From the human T2T-CHM13v2.0 reference genome, Homo sapiens: a stretch of DNA of 64,000 nucleotides. The stretch is from the NCBI RefSeq assembly GCF_009914755.1, contig NC_060940.1; one strand, 5' to 3'. Every line of letters starts with the position of its first letter. The first letter of the stretch is position 1. Position numbers and translations under genes: made by a program. Of the stretch, positions 27,461 through 42,000 are shown piece by piece. Below the pieces are notes generated by a model, which was not told where the DNA came from, did not search any database, and worked only from the letters and a program-made list of their open reading frames with translations.

Positions 27461-27788
27461 AGGTTGCAGTGAGCTGAGATCGCGCCACTGCACTCCAGCC
27501 TGGGTGAAAAAAAGATATTGGGTTTGATTAGGGGCTACACAAGGGAGAGAATGCAGTGGTGGTGGGCTGTGCAGGAAAACCTCAACTGCTTGCAAACAGC
27601 ATGTAGTTTTAGCTGGGCATGATGGCTCACGCCTGTAATCCCAGCACTCTGGAAGGCCAAGGTAGGTGGATCACCTGAGGTCATGAGTTTGAGACCAGCC
27701 TGACAAACATGGTGAAACCCTGTCTCCATTAAAAATACAAAAATTAGCCGGGTGTGGGGGCACATGCCTGTAATCCCAGCTACTTGGA
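27461..27788 (+). repeat. Direct copy of 28663-29040 (Alu 3' end + LTR spacer + Alu 5' part)
   Basis: Shares the inter-Alu LTR sequence gggtttgattagggg...aaaacctcaactgctt...aaacagcatgtagtttt and private Alu variants (cactctggaaggccaaggtagg, gtgtgggggcacatg). Confidence 0.93.
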
Positions 27789-28364
27789 TAGTTTTCCTGG
27801 AATGACCCACGTTGGTTCCTGTGCTCAATGATTCTTTTCCAATAAGGCAATATTCATCTCGCCTTATTGGAAAGGGATTTTCCATCTAGTTGGAAGAATC
27901 TCTCCTCCGTAGCTACAGCCCTGATGGATAGAAGCAGATTTAGATTTTCTTTTGACTTTTGAACCATTTAATGATAACTAGGCCCTTAGACCTCCCTCCC
28001 CACAACCCCGTTACAGTAATGCCCATGGCATAAACATGGAATGTGGTGTCCAGGAAACTCGGATTCTAACCTCAATTTTTATTTTTCTAATGGGGCTGAA
28101 AGGCAAGGCAATGTCTAAAATTTATCGCAGTTTGGATATTCTGCGTTTTTGTCATTCCCTTGATAACCAACGCAGAAGTCGATCAGTCCTAAGAACTAAG
28201 ATGATGAAGCACTCACACTACATCTTATATTTCATCCTCTTTCCTGTCTGCTTAGCGTAAGCTCTGCTTCTCATCAGGAAGATTTGTGACAAGTAGTGGT
28301 AAATTATTCCCAAAGCTCGCTTGACCCACGGCTAACAACATCCTTCACAGTGGGTGTTGTGCTA

Positions 28365-28778
<414 letters not shown>

Positions 28779-28781
28779 TTA

Positions 28782-29187
<406 letters not shown>

Positions 29188-29970
29188 TCACTTAGCAGCC
29201 TCCCCTTAATGACCTCCACCTGGCAACTTTCATTTAATCCAAAACTTAGAGTTTCAATCCCCTGTACAACATATGTTTCATGGGACAGGCCAGGAACTCA
29301 GATGCTCTTCATAGACCAGGAAAAAATCTCCAGGTTGGCCACTCCTGATTCCCTAGCTCAGAACGCACATTCAGGTGCATCTGCCATACAGAGTCATTCT
29401 AAGGGTGTGCTTTAGTTATTGCTGTCAGGTGCATTTACCCTACAGTGGCTTATGACATGGTTAAGAGCAGGCATTTGAAGTCAAATCCCATTCTGGCTAC
29501 TTGCTAGCTATGAAACTGAGACCTGTTCTTTCTTCAACATTCATTTATTCATTTCAAAAGCTAGTACAGCGATATTCCTTTGGTGCCGTGGATACAGTGA
29601 TGAACAGGGCATACACTATCCCCTCCCTGCCTTCAAAGTGTACAATCTACTGGCAAAGACAGCCCTGACAAAGTGTGACCCAAGCGAGGATATGGGAAGA
29701 CCCATTTTTATGAGATCATTTGCAGAAGCCACTACTGTGGTCTGGACAGGGTAGAAGTCAGGGAAGGCTTCCCAGTGGCGCTAAGCCTAAGCTGAAAATG
29801 AAGGCTGAATAGGAGATGGAGGAAGGGAACCTTTGCTGGGCGGAGAGAACCTCATATATGGAGGCCAGAGAGCTAGAGACAGTGGAGTGCCTTAAACTCT
29901 AAATAAATTGAGAAAAGTTCATCTGGAAGTTTCTACTCTGTGTGTGTCTGCGTGTAGTTTCCTTCTTTCC

Positions 29971-30266
29971 TTTTTTTTTTTTTTTGGAGACGGAGTCTCT
30001 CACTCTTGTCCTGGCTGGTGTGCAGTGGCGCGATCTCGGCCTGCTGCAACCTCCACCCCTGAGTTCAAGCGATTCTCCTACCTCAGCCTCCTGAGTAGCT
30101 AGGACTACAGGTGCCCACCACCACACCCGGCTAATTTTTTGTATTTTTAGTAGAGACAGGGTTTCACTATGTTGGCCAGGCTGTTCTCAAACTCCTGACC
30201 TCATGATCCACCCGCCTCGGCCTCCCAAAGTGGTGGGATTACAGGCGTGAGCCACTGCGCCCGGCT
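29971..30266 (-). mobile_element. AluS (Sg-like) within L2 remnants (~29540-30860)
   Basis: Full reverse Alu. Confidence 0.92.
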
Positions 30267-31744
30267 GTTTTTTTTGTTTTTGTTTTTTTAATTTTTTCTT
30301 TTAGTGGAGTGTGGGGTAGAGAGGGAAATGGTGAGAGCTGGGACTGGAGAGCAACTGGAGAGCTAGTGAGGGCCGGGTTATGAAAGGGGTTCAGAACCGT
30401 ATTAAGGAGAATAGACCTGTATCCTCAAAGTAATGGGAGCCTCATAGACAATTTTAAAGAGGGAATTACATGATTGAGTTTTTATTTTGGAAAAATCAAC
30501 TAAATTTTGGAGAATGGTTTGTGTGGGAGGAGAAGAAGTTGGAGGATAGAGCAGTGACCTAAAGCGATGGCCAGAAAGAAGGCTTCTTGAAGGCTGAGAT
30601 CTTCGTCAGTTTTGTTTCTTTCAGCATCCCAGTTTCTTGGAACAGAGATTGGTACATACCAGACAATCAGTAATTGCTTGTTGAGTGACCGTGGCCTAGA
30701 CCAGGGCAGTGGCTGTAGGGATAAAGGGATTCATGTGGATTTGAGACCTAATTTGTGGGCCAAGGGAAAATAATCAGTGATGAGTAGAAGGGAGTTAAGA
30801 AGGATTCTCAGTGTTCTGGCTTGAGCAACTGAAGGGAAAATGGTGACATTTTCTGAGATGAAAAATCCTTAAACTCTTTGAGCCTCAGTTTCTTCATCCA
30901 TAAAATGGGACCAGTAGCCCACATCTCACAAGTATGTAAAGGGAGTAGCCTAGTGCCTGATACATAAGGGGTAATCAGTGCGTCAATGTGTCCTTCAGGC
31001 TCAGATCTCCTCTATAGCATGCAAAGTTCCCTCTATAGGTTATGAAGAAAGCCCACATGGACATTTTCCCAGGGTCTCCAGGTTTGAGGTTCCCAGAGAT
31101 GGTGTCAGGAGCAGCAGCAACAGCCCTACAAGTGGAAATGCATAGCCAGGAAATGAAATAAACAACTGAGATTGCTAATTGGAGTTTATTTTCTAAAAAT
31201 GAACAGCGATTCTCAGCATGGCGCAGTCACCTGCAAAGCTGGTCCTTAATAAGCTATTCTGGTCGTTGTCAACATGAAGAATTTGATTGGACAGAGGAGT
31301 AGATTGGTGGTGAGGCTTTCTGTAGCTAAGGAGTAGTTGGGGTGGTGGGAGGTGGGCAATAATTTAGCAGAAAGGAAGTGAGTTTGTTTTTAAACTCACA
31401 ATCCTCCCTGGGGTACAACTACTTAGGGTCATTTCTCCAGTCTCATTTTCTGGGAAACTGGAATTGCACCTGGTTATGGGCAGCCAGAGCATTGTTGAGG
31501 CTGCAGTTTCCTGTGGACAAGATGCAACCACTGGTGTTAACAAGGCCCAGGAGGTCACTCAGAGCCACCGCCACCTCTTTCTCTTCCATCTACTCAGTGG
31601 ATGGAGACCAAGCAACAACTCTCTGCCATGCACCACAGTATGCTAGTACTGAGGTTACCGAGATGCACGAGTCACAGCCCCTGCCTTTTGCAAGGGAAAC
31701 AGACCAGCAAACAGGCAATCACAATCCCATAGGATGGGAGTCCG

Positions 31745-32205
31745 TATTTATTTCCTAGGGTTGCCATAACAAATCACCACAAACTTGCATGGTGGTGCAA
31801 GTTTAACACAACCACAGAAATTTCGTATCTCATATTTCTGGAGGCTAGCAGTTCAAAATAAAGGTGCCAGCAAGGCTAGGCTCTCTCTGGTGGATCTAGA
31901 GATTCATCATTTTTTGCCTCTTCATAGTTTCTGGTATTGCTGGTTATCCCTGGTGGTTCTTGGCTGGTAAAAGCATCACTCCAGGGCTCGCCTCTGTCAT
32001 CACATGGAATTCTCCCTATGTGTCTCTGTGTTTCTTCTCTTCTTGTAAGGATGGCAATGATATTGGATTTAGGGTATAACCTCATCTTAGCTCAGTTACA
32101 TTTGCAAATACCCTATTTCCAATGAAGGTCACATTTAAAGATACCAGAGGCTAGGACTTGAACATATTTTTTAGGAGTCGGGGGACACAATTCAGCCCAC
32201 AACAA
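31745..32205 (-). mobile_element. MLT1C/D-like solo LTR
   Basis: ttcctagggttgccataacaaatcaccacaaac...gggacacaattcagcccacaaca. Confidence 0.8.
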
Positions 32206-32366
32206 TGTGAGTACAAGCGTGCCTGATGTCCTGTCGAATCAGATTTTACCTTGTTACAAGTGTTATGGGAGCAATCCCTATGATGTGATCTGCAGTTCTC
32301 TCTCTCCCTTTTCCTTTTTCCTTTTTTTTTCTTTTTTTATTTTGCCTCCCTTCCTTTACTTCTTGA

Positions 32367-32666
<300 letters not shown>

Positions 32667-33086
32667 TACTTCTTGACTTCTTTCTTCCCTTTCTGTAGTT
32701 TTGTCAACTCATACTAATTGGTCATCTCCTGCATATTAGGCAGAGTTCTAGACATCAGGGATGGAGTGCAGAGACCAAACAGACACAGTTCCTGTCTCTG
32801 AGACTCACGAGTTATGGGGGAAAGAGACAGCAGCCAAACAGTCACATAAATACATGTCAAATGACAACCGGAACAATTGGAAGGGGATCCCTTCTGAATA
32901 TGCAGGGTAACAGCTTGAACTGACCTTCCAGGGGAACAATTCTAAGGCCGTAAAGACCAGTCTCCAGCCATAGACTGTGTATTTCCACTCTGTAAGCATC
33001 AACATCTTCTAGTCCACAAGATACAGGAAGAGGAGAGATAGAAGGTCATTGATTTACTTGGGTCCATGTATTTGAAACCCTCTGCT

Positions 33087-33613
33087 TGAGAAGTAGGAGA
33101 ATAGGGAATGAGGATAACCAAAGGTTAAGTCATAAGCAAAACAACAGCAGGTGCAGCCAGTTCTAGGCAAGACTGGGCAGCATACAGGCCACATCCTCAC
33201 TCTGAAATAACAACATGGAAATTTCCATTTCAGCCTCTGATTGACCACAGGCCAAGTCTCCACTTCAGCCTCTGATTGGTCATGAGCCATCTCCACTTTA
33301 GCCTCTGATTGGTTCTTGGGCCAATCCTTCATAGGATATAACCAACTGGAGGCCTCTAAAGGGCGCCAAGTGGGTGTTACCAAACTCTTTTAGCTTAATA
33401 AGAACCCTAAACAACATTATAATGGGAGCGTTTGAGCTGCTTGTTCAAGCCTGCTCCCACTCTGTAGAGTATACTTTTGCTTCAATAAATCTGTGCTTTC
33501 ATTGTTTTGTTTTTTTTTGTTGTTGTTGCTTTGTTTGTATGTTTTGTTTGATTCTTTGTTCAGTGCACCAAGAACCTGGACAACTCACAGTCAAGCATTT
33601 CCATCCCGTAACA
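33087..33613 (+). mobile_element. ERV1-class solo LTR (subfamily not assigned)
   Basis: TG...CA ends; U3 tandem repeats with CCAAT boxes; AATAAA at 33484; U5-like caagaacctggaca...gtaaca; no clear TSD. Confidence 0.75.
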
Positions 33614-34195
33614 GTTGGAGAATAAGCCTGAGTGACGGGCCTTCCATTTAGCAGGTGAATCTCAGCTGCTACGTAAATCGTCAAAGCCAGAACTTGGAAT
33701 GTGAATATAGCCATGAGAGTGCCTCAGCAAGGAGCCATTATGAGGTACTGATAAACTGACCACCCTATAAAAACCAAGGGGGCCAGGAAGTTATAAATGG
33801 TTCAGCAGCATCCAGGGAAGTGGGAAACACTCACAAACCTGAGATTATCTGGGGGGACTCTTGAGCAGCGTTGGGGAAGTCACAACCAGTGGTGAGAGGC
33901 TACAAAGGCAAGGAGTACGTGGTGTTTGAGGGTAAATGATAGGCTGGACCTGGTCAGGGTGGGGAAAGGGATTTCCTGGGAAGCGACGCTTGTGCTCTGT
34001 TTCCCAGGTCCATGAAGACAAAGCTGTCAAAAAATAAAAATATAAGGCTTCCCATCCACACCCATGTAATACTGTGAACGGATCTCAGAGTTTGGTGTCA
34101 AAACTCACCAAAACATACACTTAAATGGGTGCCTTTTATCATATGTAAGTGATATCTCAATAAAGTGAATTTTGAAGATGCTGGTGATAGCCCTC

Positions 34196-34506
<311 letters not shown>

Positions 34507-35064
34507 TAAATTCTGGGTGTCAAAGCCATGGTAGAAGCCTTTCTAATTTTGCTCAAGAGTCATTGGATCCTGTATTATATAATGTCAGAGCCTGGAGAGA
34601 ATCCCAAGACAATTGGGATCAAACACATCATTTTATACAGGAGGTGACTGAGTTTCAGGAGAGACAGCAAGGTCATAGTCACAGCAGTCAGAAGGATGCG
34701 CCATAGATTGGAAAAATCCAGAAGGTGGGAGATGGGTGGAGTGACATGCTCTTAGACAATCTAGCCCATGTGCTGAGGTCAGAGAAGTTAGATTTGAGGT
34801 CCTTCAGCTAGTCAGATTTTGGCCCTAAATTTCCTGGCCATCCACTTCCTTCTGTCCTTAACATGTTCTGTGAACACTCAGTCACTGCTACAGTCATACA
34901 CAGATTGCATTTATTTTCATATCTCTTTGCAAAGCTTCTTCTGCACGGGGTGTCTTGATGTGTTCGATGATCTGGGTCTATTTAGGATCAGCTCAGACTC
35001 GGAAACCGGGGTGGGGCCAACATCACGAAATGGAAGAAATTATAAGCCAGGCATCATAGTCTGG

Positions 35065-35240
35065 AGCAGAGGTCTTCAAACATTGGTATGTATCAAAATT
35101 AAAGTGCCAATCCCTGGGATCCACATCCAGAGATTCTGATTTACTAGGCCTTGGGGGTGTCTGGGAATCTGCATTGATAACCCACAATGCAGGTGATTCT
35201 GATGGAGGTGGTTCAAGGACGAGAGTTTGAGAGTCCCTGT
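35065..35240. mobile_element. MER5-family DNA transposon
   Basis: cagagattctgattta...ggaatctgcatt...caggtgattctgatg. Confidence 0.75.
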
Positions 35241-35489
35241 CCTCTAGCAACCTCTGGATTAAACATGGGAGAAAACAAATAGACCTGGGCTGTTGACTGA
35301 CCAATGAACTTTCAAGGTAACCCGCATTCAAAATATTCTGTATTTTTCAAAGGATGGTAATGGAAAAGAAACAATGACAACAAAAGCCTGTCTTGAACAC
35401 ATACTTATTTGTGGCAGTTTTCAGAAGCGTATTATTTTCTAGTGATGGAGGGATTTTTTAAAATTCTGCTAAGCCTTCTTTTGAGTCAC

Positions 35490-35830
35490 TCTCTTGAGAT
35501 ATATTTCACATACCATACAATTCAACCATTTAAAGTGTACAATTCAGTGGTTCCAGTATATTCAGAGTTGTGTAACCATCATCATCAATTTTAGAACATT
35601 TTCTCCTCCCTCCCCAAGTCCTACTCCCATTAGCAGTCACTCCCCATTTCCTCCGACCCCCTCCACCCCTAGGCAACCACTAATCTACTTTCTGTCTCTC
35701 TAGATTTGCCTATTCTGGACATTTCATATAAATGAAAGAAAATGACACAGGTTCTTTCGTGAGTGGGTTCTTTTGCCTAGCATGTTTTCAAGGTTCATTC
35801 ATGCTATAGCATGTATCATATCACTATTTC
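35490..35830 (-). mobile_element. L1MB 3' end
   Basis: catttaaagtgtacaattcagtgg...ccctaggcaaccactaatctactttctgtctct...gcctattctggacatttcatataaatg. Confidence 0.85.
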
Positions 35831-36757
35831 ATTTTGTAAGTTACCAAGTAGTATTCCTGATGATGGATTTTAAAATGGAACTTCTCTCTTTTCACAAGTT
35901 GAACAGCTATCTTTCCTCTAGAATAACATTTTCACAAGTGGAACATCTATTTTCCTTCTAGAACAAGAGGCTTTGTAGCAGATAGGAATGTCAGATGCAC
36001 TGCAAAGACTTAAGAATCTTATTCAAGGCCCAAGTGACCTTTCCAGCCTCATCTCCGTCAATTTTGCACTTCCTTCCATGACGTTCTAGCCACACAAGAC
36101 ACCTCTGGGGTCTCCCCTACTGGCCTCTGGTCAAAATAGCATGGCTTCTTGTCTGTGCAGTGAATGCCTCCCCTAATTCTGAACTCAAGCATCTCCTTGC
36201 CTGGACCTTTCTCTCATTTTTGCCCTTGATCTTGATTGTAGGTCTTTTCATTTTGTGCAATGATGGGTGAAGTCACCACTCTTTAGACTGGTGACTTCTC
36301 TAACAGAGGAACTGAATTTTCTTAATTTTTGTATTCTCAGTGCCTAACTCGTTCTTGGCAAGTATGGGGTACTTGGTTAATATTTGTTGAATGAGTGAAC
36401 GAATGAATGAACGAGTAAATGAAAGCTACAGAAGCCAGCATATATAGAATGAAAGTCGTTTTTCCCTGGAAGTTTTAACATAGTCATTTTAATTCCTCCT
36501 GTTTGAAATGACTTGTTTGCAAAAGAGTAAAAATGACAATTTAAAGAATATTAAACTGCATAAGCATGAAAAACAATCTGCTAACAGTGGTTATCTCTGG
36601 GGAAGAGTTAAGAAGAGCTGGGGGGTGTTTTCACTTTTTCTTTCATTAGAGACTTCAAAAGAAGAAAAGTGGTGTAAAAATGGGTGTTGTTTTTCTTTTA
36701 TGGTTTTTGGGGATTTTTAAACATAAAAATTATAAAAAAGTAAATAAACAATAAGAA

Positions 36758-37434
<677 letters not shown>

Positions 37435-38037
37435 GCAAGGACATTTAATAAATGACAGCTCTTGCCATTGTTATTAGCAATAATGATAACAGCAATAAAC
37501 AGAAAAATGACAAATCAACGTATATGAAGGTCCCTTTTATCTGTAACAGACTTTGAATCCAATTTGATTTATAGCCTGTCTGCTTATGCTGGGTGGCTTA
37601 ACATATTGATTATTTGAAAACCGTGTGGCTTAGCCCTAGAATGGAGGCTCATTTAATAAACTCCACTTATTGGGTGATTATGCAGAAGGCAGCTGCAATG
37701 ACCTCCAGGACAGAGAAGCCTGATGATAATAGTAGCTACCATTTATTGAGCCCTTACTATGAGCTACCACTTAGTCTAACACAATCCCATGAGACCGTAT
37801 AATTCCCGCCCCCCCACCCCGCCCCCCTCCCCCGGCCCCGCCGCCATTCCACAGATGAGAAAATGAGGCACAGATAGCTTAAATGCTTTAAATAGCTAGT
37901 AAGTGGCTTAGTCAAGATTCAGACCCAGGTTTTCTGAACCAAAGTTAGTGAGCTTTTCATTAGACTAGTTGCTGCTCAAGCTACAAATAATATGGTGTAA
38001 AAAAAAAAAAAAGCGGGGGGTGGGGCGCGGGGGGGTG

Positions 38038-38320
38038 GGCTTGGCATGGTGGCTCATGCCTGTAATCTCAGCACTTTGGGAGGCCGAGGTGGGCGGATCA
38101 CTTGAGGTCAGGAATTCGAGACCCTCTGGCCAACATGGTGAAACCCTGTCTCTACTAAAAATACAAAAACTAGCCGGGCATAGTGGCAGGCACCTGTAAT
38201 CGCAGCTACTCAGGAGGCTGAGGCAGGAGAATCCCAGTTTCAACCTGGGAGGCGGAGGTAGCAGTGAGCCGAGATCACACCACTGCACTCCAGCCTGGGC
38301 GACAGAGTGAGACTCCATCT

Positions 38321-38360
<40 letters not shown>
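38038..38360 (+). mobile_element. AluS with a 39-nt pure poly-A tail
   Basis: Dimeric Alu; uninterrupted A run 38322-38360. Confidence 0.92.
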
Positions 38361-38362
<2 letters not shown>

Positions 38363-38584
38363 AGGAAGAAGGGAGATAACAAAAGGGTATTGGGGCTTTA
38401 AAGAAGGGTCAGCAGTTCTCCAATTTTCACATTTGACGACTCATTTAATTCCCCAATGAGTCCTCAAAGTCTTGGAATGAAGTATGGTAACCTCTTGCTG
38501 CAGTCACTCATGCCAGGGAGTTCTGTGAAATCTGGGGAGGGGTTACCTCCAGTACCCAAGGATGCTGAGCAAGGGACTATCAGT

Positions 38585-39051
38585 TGTCCCTCTATATCCA
38601 ATCTTCCTTCTTCCAAAGTAAAATGATTTTTCATGGAGCATATATTAATTGTTGCCTAGAATCAAGACTATGCTTCCCATCCTTGCTTGCAGCAAAGTGT
38701 GGCCATGTGTCTAAGTTTTGGCCAATGAGATATAAGTAGGAAGTATTATGTACAACTTTGGGTTTGTTTCTTTAAAAGGAATGGGTATGCTCTTCTTTGC
38801 TTTTCCCTTTCTGCTGGTTGGATTGCAGATGTAATGGCTGGGGCAGCTGTCTTGGCAATGAGATGGACATGGAATTTGCAGTAGAAGAAACAGACAGAAG
38901 GAGCTCGGGTCTATGATGCTGTCATAAACCATACCAGCTTTCAACTACCTTACTAGACTTTTCGTGACAGGGAGAAAAAATTTTCTAAGTTTAAGCGATT
39001 GCTAATTTGAGTCTCTGTCACTTACAGTTGAACCTAATTCTAACAAACACA
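38585..39051 (+). mobile_element. Old MaLR LTR (MLT1J-like)
   Basis: gtgtggccatgtgtctaagttttggccaatgagat...gcagatgtaatggctgg...tttaagc...aacctaattctaacaaacaca. Confidence 0.65.
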
Positions 39052-42000
39052 GATGCTACCCTGCCATTCATTACCCTATCCTCCCTTTCAGTGGCCCCCA
39101 ATTTCTTTTTGGGGGAATTCTGTCACCAAATTAGATGCCTTTTAAAATTGACACATTGTATTGTACATATTTGTGGGGTATAATTTGATATTTTGATGCA
39201 TATGTATTGTATAATGATGAAATCAGGGTATTTAGTGTGTCAATCACCTTGTGCATTTATCATTTCTTTGTGGTGAGGACAATTACAAGCCTCTCTTCCA
39301 GCTATTTGGTAATCTACAAAATACCTTACTTTTAATTATCCTTGCCCAACTGTGCAAAGGAACACCAGACTCATTTCTCCTATCTAATGTAACTTTGTAC
39401 CAGTTGATCAACCTCGCCCTATCATCCCCTCTCGCATTCCCTCCCCAGTCTCTATTAACCATTGTTCTATTCTTTGCTTCTATAATAGCGTCTCTGTTTT
39501 TTTTTTAGATTCCACATATGAGTGAGATCATATGGTATTTGTTTTTTCATGGCTGGCTTATTTCACTTAACATGATGTTCTCCAGATCCATGTTGTCAAA
39601 AAATTACAAAATTTCATTCTTTTTTATGGTTCAATAGTATTAAATAGTGTATATATATCAGATTTTCTTTATCCATTCATCTACTGTAGGACACTTGGGT
39701 GGATTTCATATATTGGTTATTGTAATAGTGCTGCAATAAATATGGGAGTGTAGGTATCTTTTCAACATGCTAATTTCATTTCCTTTGGATAGATACTCCA
39801 TAGTAGGATGGCTGAATCATATAGTAGTTCTGTTTTTAATTTTCTGAAGGAACATCCATACTGTTTTCCATAGTGGCTGTACTACTTTACATTCCCACCA
39901 ACAATGTGTAGACGTTCCTTTTTCTGTGCATCTCACCAACATTTGTTTTTATCTGTCTTTTTGATAATATCTAGTCTAACTGGAGTGAGGTGATATCTCA
40001 CTGCAGTTTTGATTGCCATTTCCCCAATTATTAGTGATGTTGAGCATCTTTTCATGTAACTGCTAGTCATTTCCATGTTTCCTTTGGAGAAATGTCTCAT
40101 AAGGTCTTCTGCCCATTTTAAAATAAAGTTTTTTGTTATTGTTGTTGTTGAGTTGTTTAAGTTCCTTATGTATTCTGGATATTAGTGTCAGATGTCTAAT
40201 TTGCAAATATTTTCTCCCATTCTGTAGGTTGTTTCTTCACTCTGTTTATTGTTTCCTTTGATGTGCTGAAGCTTTTTATTTTGATGTAATCCCATCTGTC
40301 TACTTTTCCTTTTGTTGCCTGTGCTTTTGAGGTCTTATTAAAAATTATTTGCCCAGCCCAATGTCATAAAGCATTTCCCCGTATGTTTTCTTCTGGTAGT
40401 TTCATAGGTTTGGGTTTTACATTTAGGCCTTTAATCCATTTTGAATTCATTTTTGTATATGGTGTGAGGAAGGGGTCTAGTCTCATTATTTTACATGTGA
40501 ATATCCAATTTTCCTTGCAACATTTGTTGAAGAGATGGTCTTTTTCCCAGTGTGTGTTCTTGGTAACTTTGCTGAAAATCAGTTGGCTGTAGGCGCACGA
40601 ATTTGTTTCTGAGTTCTCTGTTCTGTTTCATTGGTCTATGCATCTGTTTTTGTGCCTGTAACAGGCTGTTTTGGTTACTATAGCTTTGTAGTGTATTTTG
40701 AAGTTGAGTAGTGTGATGTCTCCAGCTTTGTTCTTTTTGCTCAGGATTGCTTTGGCTATTTGTAGTCTTTTGTGGTTCCATATGAATTTTAGGATTGATT
40801 TTTCTATGTTTGTGAAAAATGTCACTGTTCTTTTGATAGGGATTATATTAAATCTGTAGATCACTTTAGGTAGTATGGTGATTTTAACAATATTAATTCT
40901 TCCAATACTTGGACATTGTACTTTTTGTGCAGGAATTTAAGAAAAATTGTTTTAAAAATTAAAAAACCCAATACTTGGACATGGGATGTCTTTCCATTTA
41001 TTTGTGCCTTAATTGATTTTTTCATCAATATTTTATAGTTTCAGTGTGGAGATCTTTCATCTCCTTGGTTAAGTTTATTCCTAGGTATCTTACATTTTTG
41101 TAGCTATGATATGTGAGTTTTTTTATTTCTTTTTCAGATAGTTTGCTGTTAGCATATAGAAATGCTACTAATTTTTATGTATTGATTTTGTATCTTGCAA
41201 ATTTGCTGAATTCATTGATCAGCTATAATAATTTTTTGGTGGAGTCTTTAGGGTTTTCTGTATATAAGATCATGTTGTCTGCAAACAGGAACAATTTGAC
41301 TTCATGTTTTTCAATTTGCATGATTTCTATTTTTTTTTCTTGCCTAATTGCTCTGGCTAGGACTTCTAGTACTATATTGAATAGGATTGATGAAAGGAAT
41401 ATCTTTGTCTTGTTCCTGATCTTAGATAAAAAGTTTTCAGCTTTTCCTGTTCAATATGTTCTTAGCTGTGAGTTTGTAATATCTGGCCTTTATGGTGTGG
41501 AGGTACATACCTTCTGTAACAAATGTGTTGGCAGTTGTTACCATAAAGAAATGTTGAAAGTTGTCAAATGCTCTTTCTGCATCTGCTGAAGTGATCATAT
41601 GGTTTCTGTCTTTTTGTTAATATGGCATATCATGTTTATTAACTTGCATATGCTGAATCATTCTTACATCCCTGGGATAAATCCCACTTAGTCACAGTGA
41701 ATGATCTTTTTAATTTTCTGTTGAATTTGGTTTGATAACATCTTGTTGAGAATTTTTGCATCTGTATTTACCAAGGATACTGGCCTGTAGTTTTCCTTTT
41801 TGTTCTTGTGTCTACCTTATATTGCAACCAGGGTAATGCTAGCCTCAATAGGTCCTGGGCTTTTTTCCAATGGCAGACATTTTATTATTGATTCCATTTC
41901 CTCACTCAGTATTGATCTGTTTAGATTTTCTATTTCTTTATAATTTAATCTTGGTAGGTTGTATGTGTCCAGGAATTTATCTATTTCTTCTATGCCCTCA

